A model generated the notes under the pieces. It ran no database searches. It was not told the origin of the DNA and saw only the letters and a list, made by a program, of their open reading frames with translations. From contig JANQNK010000003.1 in the NCBI GenBank assembly GCA_028279595.1, forward strand, positions 176,568 through 240,567: DNA of 64,000 nucleotides, read 5' to 3'. Positions 9,436 to 17,980 of this stretch are shown here, piece after piece. How positions within the stretch are numbered: position 1 is the stretch's first letter; each line of letters starts with the position of its first letter. Origin of the DNA: Thermoplasmatota archaeon. Its GTDB lineage: Archaea; Thermoplasmatota; JAKEGO01. Position numbers and translations under genes: made by a program.

Positions 9436-9763
9436 CGATGTTCCTCCCCGCGGGATGATGAGGTCGGTCTCGATATAAATAAATCACCGCCGTGGGCCCG
9501 CAAATGTTCAAAGCGTTACAGATATGGTTATATACCCATCATTCCGAGGTAAGTTCGAGGGCGGGAAACGGCCCGGTCCAGCACTTATCGATCCTCGCGT
9601 TCCGGGCTCCATCCCCTTTTCAAGATCCCGCTCTCACAGACGCCACCCAATGGGGGCGTGGGAGCGGTCCTTCGCCGGGGTCCCGAAATGACCGGCATGC
9701 AGGACCACACCCCATACACCTCCTGCGCCCCCCAACCCATTTCCGTTACATTTCTGCAAAACG

Positions 9764-9771
9764 TTTAATAT
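9764..9771 (+). promoter_or_regulatory. TATA-box-like element upstream of the DUF835 gene
   Basis: TTTAATAT lies about 30 nt upstream of the ATG at 9802, consistent with a short-leader archaeal promoter. Confidence 0.3.
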
Positions 9772-9801
9772 CGTCCGTTTGATAGTGTCCATGGTGCTCG
9801 T

Positions 9802-10320
9802 ATGAACGGTGAAGAAGCCCCTGGACAGGAATCCCGACAGCGCAACATCATGGACCTCGAGCTGAAGAAGGGCGTATCATATCTCATTGTAGATCACATC
9901 GAGGACGCATACACCCTCTTCAAACGCTATTCCAGGGAAGCGAAGGGTATGTGCGTCACGAGGACCCCTCCCGAGGAGGTCGAACATATTTACGACGTCC
10001 ACAACGTCACCTTCAAGTGGCTGACGCACCTGAAGGTCGACCAGGGCGTCCGACCGACCGAGCTCCACATCCTCTTTCCCTCGATCCAGCAGTTCATGGA
10101 GGGTGGAGACTTCATCATAATCCTCGACGGTCTCGAGTACCTGAAGGTGCACAATGGCTTCGACGAGATATTGAAGTTCATCCAGTCCTTCAGGGACCAC
10201 GTCTACATGAAGAAGGGACTTCTTCTCGTGCCGGTCTCCCATGATGCGCTATCACCCATGGAGATATCCCTGATTCGGAGGGACCTCATGCCGATCGAGG
10301 ACCTCCTCAAGAAGCTCTAG
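9802..10320 (+). CDS. Stand-alone DUF835 domain protein
   Basis: Aligns by eye with the C-terminal module of the 875-aa protein at 50782..53409 (YLIVD...CVTRTPPE...FKWLT...IILDGLEYLKVHNGFDEILKFIQSFRD). Confidence 0.6.
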   Translation: MNGEEAPGQESRQRNIMDLELKKGVSYLIVDHIEDAYTLFKRYSREAKGMCVTRTPPEEVEHIYDVHNVTFKWLTHLKVDQGVRPTELHILFPSIQQFMEGGDFIIILDGLEYLKVHNGFDEILKFIQSFRDHVYMKKGLLLVPVSHDALSPMEISLIRRDLMPIEDLLKKL

Positions 10321-11264
10321 TTCTCCGTTTCCGGAACGGCCAGCTCCTCATCTGGAGCCTTGAGCAGGAGCCTGAGGTCGTCCAGGAGTCCGAGGTAGAC
10401 GCCGTCGATCAGGAAAACCTTCGCCTTCTCAAGGTCGACGTAACCGTTCCGGAGGAACGGCCCGAGGAGGTCGTCGTCCTCGTTTACCGGAGATCCCGAC
10501 CCGTACTCGCTGAATGCGGGCATTACGATGGCTTCGCCGTCAGGCTTCTCACCATACCTCTTCAGGAACGGCTCCTCGGCGATCGGTGCGCGCATCCAGC
10601 AGACCTCCGACATTCGGGTACCGAGGTCGTCCCTGAACGCTACGGAAGGGTGCTGATGCCCCATTACAACGACCTTCTGTTTCGCCACCTCAGGAGTAGG
10701 ATATGAATGACCGTGGAACAGACCAACTCCCTCAATCACGATACCTGTCGCCGGATGGACCGTGATAAGTTCGGGATAGTCGGCCCAGCCCGGGACCAGT
10801 TTGGACAACGATCCGTCGTGGTTACCTGGGACAATGTGTACGGGAACGATGTCTGCGACCGCCTTGAGGAAGTTCGGGACCTCGTCGGCCTCCTGCTGCG
10901 CTATGGCCCCTATAGAGTTCTTGACATCTCCGAGAAGGACGATCTCCTCGGCGCCGGTGTCCTCCACGAGCGATTTGATTCGTCTCAGAAGTCCCTTTGT
11001 CTGGCTAGGTAAAGTGACACCTGCGTCATGGTACTCGGCCTCGATACCGACGTGGAGGTCCGCTATCACCAGGACCTTCCTCTTGCCGTCGATGAGGAGC
11101 GCAGCCTCGTCGGGCACGGGTTCTACGTTCACGAGCCACCCAAAGCGGACATGTGTAAAAAGGGTATCCCGAAGCCGAACGAACTGATAGCAGGAGCACT
11201 GGGACCGGGCGCTTAAGACCACGTTGACCTCCATGAATAACGTCCGGGCCAAGTGCTCCCTCAT
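10317..11264 (-). CDS. Metallophosphoesterase (calcineurin-like; MJ0037-type)
   Basis: Motifs VLVIADLHVG, LLGDVKN, VPGNHD and GHQHP. The true start may be internal (for example the ATG at 11234). Confidence 0.75.
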   Translation of the reverse strand: MREHLARTLFMEVNVVLSARSQCSCYQFVRLRDTLFTHVRFGWLVNVEPVPDEAALLIDGKRKVLVIADLHVGIEAEYHDAGVTLPSQTKGLLRRIKSLVEDTGAEEIVLLGDVKNSIGAIAQQEADEVPNFLKAVADIVPVHIVPGNHDGSLSKLVPGWADYPELITVHPATGIVIEGVGLFHGHSYPTPEVAKQKVVVMGHQHPSVAFRDDLGTRMSEVCWMRAPIAEEPFLKRYGEKPDGEAIVMPAFSEYGSGSPVNEDDDLLGPFLRNGYVDLEKAKVFLIDGVYLGLLDDLRLLLKAPDEELAVPETEN

Positions 11265-11291
11265 CCGGTTATGAAAATTGATAATTGGAGA

Positions 11292-11319
11292 CCACCCCCG
11301 GGCCCATCCCCGGGGGTGG
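11292..11319 (-). terminator. Strong GC hairpin abutting the left att repeat; probable relic terminator of the tRNA before integration
   Basis: CCACCCCCGGG / CCCGGGGGTGG forms an 11-bp stem with a 6-nt loop. It ends 1 nt from the 18-bp repeat. Confidence 0.4.
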
Positions 11320-11320
11320 A

Positions 11321-11338
11321 TGGTGGGAGCACTGGGAT
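11321..11338. repeat. Left att direct repeat (partial copy of the tRNA-Trp 3' end)
   Basis: TGGTGGGAGCACTGGGAT is identical to 20009..20026. Confidence 0.85.
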
Positions 11339-11387
11339 GAGAAGCCCACCGAGTACCTTGAGAATCTGAATCAATACGGCCAATTCA

Positions 11388-11406
11388 TTCGAGAATTGTT
11401 CTCGAA
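11388..11406. promoter_or_regulatory. Perfect palindrome (candidate operator) at the left end of the element
   Basis: TTCGAGAA-TTG-TTCTCGAA, about 50 nt upstream of the first small ORF. Confidence 0.3.
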
Positions 11407-11453
11407 CCGTCCTCCGAGGATCGGTCAAACCGCTTAGTTAGGGTTGATGTACA

Positions 11454-11582
11454 ATGGAATCGGAACTGAGTGATGAGGTTAACGAGAGGAAAGAACTAAA
11501 GAAGCACGCCGAGGACATCGAAAAGGCATTCGACTACAATCCCGAATGGAACCACCTGAAAAAGAAGAAGAAGAAGAGGTGA
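11454..11582 (+). CDS. Small basic/coiled hypothetical protein (42 aa)
   Basis: Below the ORF-track cutoff. MESELSDEVNERKELKKHAEDIEKAFDYNPEWNHLKKKKKKR. It ends 4 nt before the next ATG. Confidence 0.25.
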   Translation: MESELSDEVNERKELKKHAEDIEKAFDYNPEWNHLKKKKKKR

Positions 11583-11586
11583 ATTT

Positions 11587-11973
11587 ATGGAATCATCGGG
11601 GACTGAACTTCCTGAATTCTCTCATTTCGACGTTGCACCTCACGGCATACCCATTCGAGTTGACATTCCAAAGGACGGTGTCTATGTCGGCCGTGTTCTC
11701 GAATCGGAACTCCTTAATCCGAATAAGGAACCGGTGAACTCCGTCTTCTATCATGTGAAGATCCTCACGGTAGAGTGTGAGTGTGAACCTTCTCTTACCG
11801 TTTACGATATTCCTCGACTCCGCTGTCCAATAGACGAGCAGGAAATCGTGTCCATTGGAAACGTCCTTGTCATCAATGTATTCCTCATGAGTCAACGGAT
11901 GGTTTTGACTCCTTTATCCGAAATCAAGCAGTCATTGAACATGATCAAAGAGGTCCAGGGGGCTTTGTTTTGA
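11587..11973 (+). CDS. Hypothetical protein (element cargo)
   Basis: 128 aa. The ATG is preceded by GAGGTGA at SD distance. Preferred over the antisense ORF 11593..11895. Confidence 0.4.
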   Translation: MESSGTELPEFSHFDVAPHGIPIRVDIPKDGVYVGRVLESELLNPNKEPVNSVFYHVKILTVECECEPSLTVYDIPRLRCPIDEQEIVSIGNVLVINVFLMSQRMVLTPLSEIKQSLNMIKEVQGALF

Positions 11974-12380
11974 AGTTGTCACCTGAGGAGACGATCACTC
12001 ATACGCAAGCTGGCTCGTCACGTCTCCTTCAAGAGCGGAACGTCCCCATCGATACAGTCCTCCCCCCGGACCTCGTCCTCCTCACAGTGTTCGTTGAATG
12101 CAAGAACGGAATGGCCGTCAGAGACTATGATGTAGTAGTGACGGGTGAGGACGAAGTCTTCCGAGGTAGAACCGATAAGACCGGCCACATCGACTTCTAT
12201 GTCCCTGACGGTCAAGAGATGATGATCGTCAACGGGGATGACGTTTACGAACTGTACATGGAAGGCAACGGATATGTAACGCTTACGTCTCCGACGGACC
12301 TACCGCCGAAAAGACCACCTTCAGCGTCACTTCTCGAATCATTGCTATTGCCACAGGGTAGTCAACGTCCTTCCACTTAG
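11970..12380 (+). CDS. Hypothetical protein (element cargo)
   Basis: 136 aa. The TTG start overlaps the previous stop by 4 nt. The middle part looks beta-sandwich-like and the tail is Pro-rich. Confidence 0.35.
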   Translation: MKLSPEETITHTQAGSSRLLQERNVPIDTVLPPDLVLLTVFVECKNGMAVRDYDVVVTGEDEVFRGRTDKTGHIDFYVPDGQEMMIVNGDDVYELYMEGNGYVTLTSPTDLPPKRPPSASLLESLLLPQGSQRPST

Positions 12381-13139
12381 TGTCACGCTTTTCGCATGTC
12401 GTCCGGGGTATTGGTGATTCCGATCCTCTCTCATCTTCTCCCGGGCCCCCGGACGGCATGTATTATAAATTCGATAAGTAATTCCAATATCCCAACTGAT
12501 GAATGAGATAATACTATGACAAATGTAGAAGGATACTATTCATCTATTTTGTAATTGGTTCAGTTACGATTATAATAATTCGTATTCCCAATTGAAGGAT
12601 ATGAATAGGATCCATATTTAGTTGTTCTAATGTAGATGATGAGTTTAACCGGGAATAAGAAAATTGGTAGAGATGTACCTCACCAGTAACTAACGACATC
12701 GAAGACGATGGTATACTTGAACATTATTTTGTAACTGACAATGGTTACACATATGTTATTAAACCATATGGTGGATATATATGGAAGGTACGTACCAAGG
12801 GTAATTTCAGAGGTACTGGGTGCTTTGTTTTTTCTTGCTAGGGCATGGTAAGTTAATATTTGATAATCTGATGATGATAACAATAATTATACACCATTGA
12901 TGCAAAGAAAGGTGTTATATTATATACATTAAAACAACTGTAAGAAACTGTTCTATTAACCAATATCCATTGGAATGAATAATTAAAAATAGAAGTATAA
13001 TAAATTGGTTTCAATCCTATAGTACTGTTATGGTATTGTTTTATTATTAGAAGATGTCGCTATCTAATGTATATTTATGGTCATATACTATTTATACCTG
13101 TAAATTCGCTTCTATTTTGTTAATGAATTGAAGTGGTCA

Positions 13140-13373
13140 ATGGTCTTACGACGTGATAGTATGGGCTCTAGAAACCTAAAAAAGATTAGCGTGAAAAAGA
13201 TCAAATTTTATTCTTATTTATTGTTATATTTGATTGGATGGGTATTTTTTATCGTGGGTACAGTTCATTTAATATTGTGTTACGACCAAAAAGACTTTCG
13301 GACTCCATTTATTCTAATTATAGGTATAAATTTAATTTTCTTGAGTTTATACCATATTGACTCGGATTACTAG
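13140..13373 (+). CDS. Small two-TM membrane protein
   Basis: An ATG-started version of the track ORF. Two hydrophobic helices: YLLLYLIGWVFFIVGTVHLIL and PFILIIGINLIFLSLY. Confidence 0.3.
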   Translation: MVLRRDSMGSRNLKKISVKKIKFYSYLLLYLIGWVFFIVGTVHLILCYDQKDFRTPFILIIGINLIFLSLYHIDSDY

Positions 13374-13379
13374 TGTTAA

Positions 13380-13700
13380 CCGATAAGGCTATCCAAGTAT
13401 CGGGGCGTTGTTTTACACGTGTACCCGTCTCACACGTGTAACAACAACGTAGGCGGGAGATGAACGGTAACGTTCATCGAGGGGGCTATTCCCTATACTG
13501 TTTTTCAATTCTAACCGTAATAGGTATTGTCTCCGTGGATCTACCGTCGCACCCTCCCGTTAGGACGACAGAAGGAGGGGCGGTCTATTCTTTTCTACCT
13601 CGATCTTCTCTGTATTCTCTATGCCCCTCCCGGCGTCCGTGGGGAGGGGTGCCGACCGGGTCGCCGCAGGCGACCCCTATGAATCTAATTTAAGGTCGGC
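13380..13700. other. GC-rich, hairpin-dense non-coding patch inside AT-rich cargo (candidate structured RNA or origin/regulatory region)
   Basis: At least 5 stable stem-loops, including GATGAACG-GTAA-CGTTCATC and nested GCCGACC[GGGTCGCC-GCA-GGCGACCC]...GGTCGGC. Confidence 0.3.
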
Positions 13701-13884
13701 AGGTTGAGAGGAATTAGAATGTTTGAAAATGAAAACATTAGCTATTCCTATGAAATTCTTAAGAAAACGTCCGAAAAGGGGTTGTGAGAACTCTTTGGGG
13801 ATTTTCATTTTATAAATACTTTGGATACAATGGTCCTAAAGTTATATGTAGTATACAAGTATATACACTAAAAGTAGTGGTAAA

Positions 13885-14175
13885 ATGGGCGATTACACGA
13901 CCGTAAAGATCAGCAAGGATACTCTTCGATTAATGGACCGCGTTCAATCCTTTTTCACCTATCGTTACGGTAAGAAATTGACCAAGGATCAAGTCCTTCG
14001 TACAGCTCTTCTCAAGTTCGATTATCGACTAGCTAGTAATCTTCATCAAACGGACCTCTCTTTCAACGAATATATCAAGATGCTCGAGGACGACGTCGGC
14101 TTGTCTTCGTCCGAAGGAGAATGGAAGACCTTCAAGGGCGTGAAAGTGTGGTGCGGTCCCGTCAATAAACGTTAA
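13885..14175 (+). CDS. Ribbon-helix-helix-like small DNA-binding protein
   Basis: N-terminus TTVKISKDTLRLMDRV...KLTKDQVLRTALLKF has a beta-strand/helix/helix pattern. A TATA-like GTATATAC lies about 25 nt upstream. Confidence 0.4.
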   Translation: MGDYTTVKISKDTLRLMDRVQSFFTYRYGKKLTKDQVLRTALLKFDYRLASNLHQTDLSFNEYIKMLEDDVGLSSSEGEWKTFKGVKVWCGPVNKR

Positions 14176-14366
14176 TACTGTTTTACTGAAATTGGAGTTG
14201 GGGGTCCCCCGGTAATAACATGAGATCATTTCGGAGGTAAGTACCGGATCGGACACGGTCCCTTCGTAATTCACTGGGATTACAAATAAAAACCTACCAC
14301 GTAAAAAAATGGTCAATGGAGATATAAGGGATGGTGGACTATTTGAAAATAGCGGAGTGGTGATAT

Positions 14367-15674
14367 ATGAAGGGAATAATCACTAAATGGATTGTTATTC
14401 AAATAATCGTTTTATTAATTATTAGTTCGGTGACATATTTATACGGGAAAGAGTTGAAGAAAGAGGAAGAAGAAATAGTGGGTCGGTATAAAACTAGAAA
14501 TCCTAACGATATTATATTCGATAAGACTATGACATATACATTATATCAATCAATGATTGGTGATTTACATATTGAGAATTCTCTGGATCAATTTCCGTTT
14601 ACGCCAGAAAATGAAAATCAGACAAGATATGATAACAATAATTATACAAATTCGTTTTATGCAGATTGTCAAGTAACAACAAATTCGTCACATGTAACAG
14701 ATGAAAACTTAGTATGGATGTTTCCAGATCCATGGGATGATGGAATGCGACCCATGGGGTCGGTTCTATTAACAACATATGTGAATATTACACATGATTG
14801 TCATCTTAATGATGCGTTATTCAGTTTCTGGTTAACAGCTCGGTGTGATGATGAAGAATATAAAAATAGCCAAATCGATTTTAAAATGAAATCTTCAATA
14901 TTATTACCTGATAAATTGATGACAGATCGATTAAGAGATACTAGGGGTCGGATGATGTTTTCTCCAAATGAGACAATTCGTGTTGGAGAGCAGAAGCAAA
15001 TTATCTTTGATTTTAATTTCATAAATCCTTCGACATGGAGATTAAATACGGGTGATAAATTATTATTTCAGTTACAATATTGGATTATGAATCCAATAAT
15101 ATTAGATCCAATTCAAAACGTGTCAGAGGAAAATGTACCGGTGAAATTATTTTTAATTTATGGTGGTGTTAATCCATCTTATTATAATATTTCATTAGAA
15201 AGGGGTATTGGATTAATTCATGAGATTGATTATTCATTTAATGAACCAAACGAATATCGATATTGTTTTATTCCTCCAATTAATCATTCGATTAATAAGG
15301 TAACATTAGTTATTGAGGGATTAAATCTAGAATATATTTCTTTTTATTCCTCCTTGTCAATGAATAATGGTGATAGACTAAACAAAAGTTGGGTTTATAT
15401 TTATTTACCATATAATTACCATCCCTGTTTAACTCTTCGGTTTCAATTAGAAATGATTAATGGTGAAATTGGATCTTTTAAAACGTATCTTGATGGTGAA
15501 CCCGAACAAAGGTATGTAAGGGAAGGTAAGGAGGGAATTCATGATGATGTTATGTTTTTGTTAAATATTGTGATTCCGGTATTTTCGTCTGTAATATTAA
15601 TTCAAATAGCGTATAGATATCAAAAGAAAAAGGATTCTCAGAAGTCAGTAAAGTCAGAAAACTTTCATGATTAA
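14367..15674 (+). CDS. Membrane-anchored (N- and C-terminal TM) putative surface glycoprotein, ORFan
   Basis: 435 aa with an N-terminal hydrophobic helix, many NxS/T sequons, and a C-terminal TM (VIPVFSSVILIQIAY) followed by basic residues. Confidence 0.5.
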   Translation: MKGIITKWIVIQIIVLLIISSVTYLYGKELKKEEEEIVGRYKTRNPNDIIFDKTMTYTLYQSMIGDLHIENSLDQFPFTPENENQTRYDNNNYTNSFYADCQVTTNSSHVTDENLVWMFPDPWDDGMRPMGSVLLTTYVNITHDCHLNDALFSFWLTARCDDEEYKNSQIDFKMKSSILLPDKLMTDRLRDTRGRMMFSPNETIRVGEQKQIIFDFNFINPSTWRLNTGDKLLFQLQYWIMNPIILDPIQNVSEENVPVKLFLIYGGVNPSYYNISLERGIGLIHEIDYSFNEPNEYRYCFIPPINHSINKVTLVIEGLNLEYISFYSSLSMNNGDRLNKSWVYIYLPYNYHPCLTLRFQLEMINGEIGSFKTYLDGEPEQRYVREGKEGIHDDVMFLLNIVIPVFSSVILIQIAYRYQKKKDSQKSVKSENFHD

Positions 15675-15979
15675 TGACGAGTGACGTAGCGATATTTATG
15701 TATTGTATATCCCGCTAATGTGTTTAATGTGAAGGAAAAACCTTCGCAAACTCCTACTCTAGCGTTAAAAAACGTAAGAAAAGGGGTCATCACAACAATT
15801 GGTGTTTGAGAAATTATTTATAGAATAAACGTATAGTATAATCCATGTCAGTGAAAATGGAATTTCAGTTTGAATTATCGAAGAATATCGCTGATATTGA
15901 TCAAATATTAATGAATATTGAAGCAAGTGATGATGAATTATTCGATTTACTGTATTTATAGGTAAATGACGGTGTATTA

Positions 15980-16549
15980 ATGGCTCATAAAAGAGGTAAG
16001 GGAAAGAAGAAAGGTGGGAAGATTGAACCATTTCCTGAAGCATTAAAACGAGTTGAGGTATTAGCTCGAAGACTTAATCGAAAGGTTGAACGTGCCGTAG
16101 CAATACAGACTACTCCTGAAGAGGAAAAGGAATTCCATTCAATACTTGTTGAACATGGAAAATTTGCAATACCATTTCGTTGTGAAGGTGAAGTGGTTAT
16201 TTGTTTCATGCCTATTGGTATCGAAAAAGAAGTTAAAGAAAAATTTAAAGGAGTACCGTATGAAAAGCGGAGACGGTTATATTTTCACTTATTACGAGAT
16301 CTACAATTGAGTAACAGAGTTGGATATACAATAAAACCTCTTGGGATTAAGTTGATTGATCAAATTGATGAAGTATATTTAGAATGTAGCAGTATTATTG
16401 AGGATACGAGTGGTGAATCTGCAAATAGACTTGCAGATATTATTCAAGAAATGGTCATTATGATGTTAAAGGCTGGGAAATATTTTGGTGGTGAAGAAGA
16501 AAAAAGTGATTCGAAACCGGATACTTTTACGGTAATGTATCATCAATAA
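15980..16549 (+). CDS. Hypothetical protein with a basic N-terminus, co-oriented partner of the cyclase-like gene
   Basis: 189 aa, starting MAHKRGKGKKKGGK. It ends 15 nt before the next ATG. Confidence 0.45.
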   Translation: MAHKRGKGKKKGGKIEPFPEALKRVEVLARRLNRKVERAVAIQTTPEEEKEFHSILVEHGKFAIPFRCEGEVVICFMPIGIEKEVKEKFKGVPYEKRRRLYFHLLRDLQLSNRVGYTIKPLGIKLIDQIDEVYLECSSIIEDTSGESANRLADIIQEMVIMMLKAGKYFGGEEEKSDSKPDTFTVMYHQ

Positions 16550-16564
16550 TAGGTTGAGGATAAG

Positions 16565-17341
16565 ATGGAAAAACGGTTTGTGGCATTTTTCGATGTGTTG
16601 GGTTTTTCCGATCAAATTCAGCGGACAAGTGCAAAAAATGTGATGAAAGAGTATTCGAAATTTATTCAGGACTTATCCAAATCGGAAGGTTCGGAACTTA
16701 ATGCGTTTATTAGTTCAGATTCAATTATTGTATATACTGAGGATTTATCTGTTGAATCATTTAAATCTATAGTGGATTATTCGGGTAGGTTGTTTGTTAG
16801 AGCTTTTCGTAATCATTTTCCATTACGTGGTGCAATAGATGGTGGAGAATTCGAAATTAGTGATGATCGTCTAGTATATGTTGGTCGTGCATTAATTCGG
16901 GCATATAAAGCTGCTTCATCTCAAAAATTGTCAGGTGTGATTTTAACACCCAATTGTGAAATGGTCTTAGAATCATCGGAATATGCTGGAATTCTCGAAG
17001 GAATGGATCGATCATTGAAACTAATTCAAAGGTCAATACAGATAAAAACTTCTGGTGTCTCTGGTTCATCTGACCGTGAAGGAATTCGGTATTGTGTTAA
17101 TTGGGTACATGTTTTACACAGTGGTCGAGGCAGTCGGAAGGAACAGATGACGAAAAAGGAATTTTACTCAAAATTTGTACCAAAACGTAAGGCTGATTTT
17201 ATTTTTGAATTAGATGTTGAAGAAAAAATCGAAAATACATATGGATTTTACGATTATACATATAAAATATTATCTCAGACTCGGTTTTTACCTCGTGGTA
17301 AAAGGGAAATTTGGCGTAGAACTATCAAGAAATCAAAATAG
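16565..17341 (+). CDS. Class III nucleotidyl cyclase-like protein (remote, motif-level)
   Basis: FFDVLGFS (cf. FADIVGFT), FISSDSIIVY (cf. IGDAYMA), LRGAIDGGEF (cf. RIGIHTGPV), VGRALIRAYKAASSQKLSGVILT (cf. GDTVNLASRLES..PGQILVS). Both metal-binding Asp positions are present. Confidence 0.5.
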   Translation: MEKRFVAFFDVLGFSDQIQRTSAKNVMKEYSKFIQDLSKSEGSELNAFISSDSIIVYTEDLSVESFKSIVDYSGRLFVRAFRNHFPLRGAIDGGEFEISDDRLVYVGRALIRAYKAASSQKLSGVILTPNCEMVLESSEYAGILEGMDRSLKLIQRSIQIKTSGVSGSSDREGIRYCVNWVHVLHSGRGSRKEQMTKKEFYSKFVPKRKADFIFELDVEEKIENTYGFYDYTYKILSQTRFLPRGKREIWRRTIKKSK

Positions 17342-17525
17342 ACTGTTTTCAATGATGTATAATTGTGGTTGTATGGAATTCAATGACGCATAACTATCGA
17401 TGTGCGTCAAGATCGTTATGAATATGAGATGGGCTGATGTTTACATGTAGGTATCTGCGTTTGGTGAAATCCGAGAAAATTTTATGGATTAACGAAATTA
17501 TGAATGTGAATGTGAATATGAGGCG

Positions 17526-17924
17526 TCATAATTCCAATTTTGCTTGCGGTGATAATGGATCAGGGAATGAGTTTAGAATGAATTGGTGGAGTTTGTATGA
17601 TAAGAAAATCGTGTAACATGATGACACACCGATTACAGGTAATGTAATATAAGGATTGGATGAGAATGAAATTGCGATTGTGTTTAATGTTATTATTATT
17701 ACTCCAATTGGAAGTACGAGTAATACTTTTTTCAGTTCAGTTCGAACTGATGTTGCTACTGTGATGGCTTGAGGGGGTGTTGGTATAGATTCGAAATAGG
17801 GGCGTAGTAAATTCTTCCAATTATCTACGTATCTTACTAGACCTATGAATACTAAACCGATTAAAGCTGCTAATGATTGCGCAAATGTAGAAAGAATCCA
17901 TATTGATTGTTCTTCGGTTACCAT
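17526..17924 (-). CDS. Small multi-TM membrane protein
   Basis: 132 aa with 3-4 hydrophobic helices. Convergent with the cyclase-like gene. Confidence 0.45.
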   Translation of the reverse strand: MVTEEQSIWILSTFAQSLAALIGLVFIGLVRYVDNWKNLLRPYFESIPTPPQAITVATSVRTELKKVLLVLPIGVIIITLNTIAISFSSNPYITLPVIGVSSCYTIFLSYKLHQFILNSFPDPLSPQAKLEL

Positions 17925-17980
17925 GAATAATGAGTGGGTGACTAATGTAAAAAAGTTTGTAAAAAAATAGTCAATGCCGA

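Noticed and set aside
9455-9461. A box C-like ATGATGA in the queF upstream region
   Set aside because: There is no CTGA box D/D' at the appropriate spacing and no terminal stem. It is probably a chance match within the queF promoter or 5' region.
11593-11895. A 100-aa minus-strand ORF antisense to 11587..11973
   Set aside because: The plus-strand ORF has a strong GAGGTGA SD and is part of a tightly coupled three-ORF series. The call remains uncertain, and neither has recognisable homology.
12680-12883. Short ORFs in AT-rich cargo (12680..12883, 14029..14316, 14801..15022, 15765..16043, 15985..16209, 16857..17069, 18133..18348, 18902..19084)
   Set aside because: They are low-complexity, antisense to or nested within better ORFs, or lie in spacer DNA. 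No start context or motifs support them.
13460-13693. A 77-aa ORF inside the GC-rich hairpin patch
   Set aside because: Odd composition and no RBS or TATA context. The reading frame coincides with stacked inverted repeats, so the region is better explained as structured or non-coding.
13380-13700. Specific RNA classes for the GC-rich patch (tRNA-like, group II intron domain V, hammerhead)
   Set aside because: GCCGACC/GGTCGGC could mimic an acceptor stem, but the insert is too short and lacks a T-arm. There is no AGC-bulge D5 consensus, and no CUGAUGA...GAAA core. Only a generic 'structured element' call is retained.
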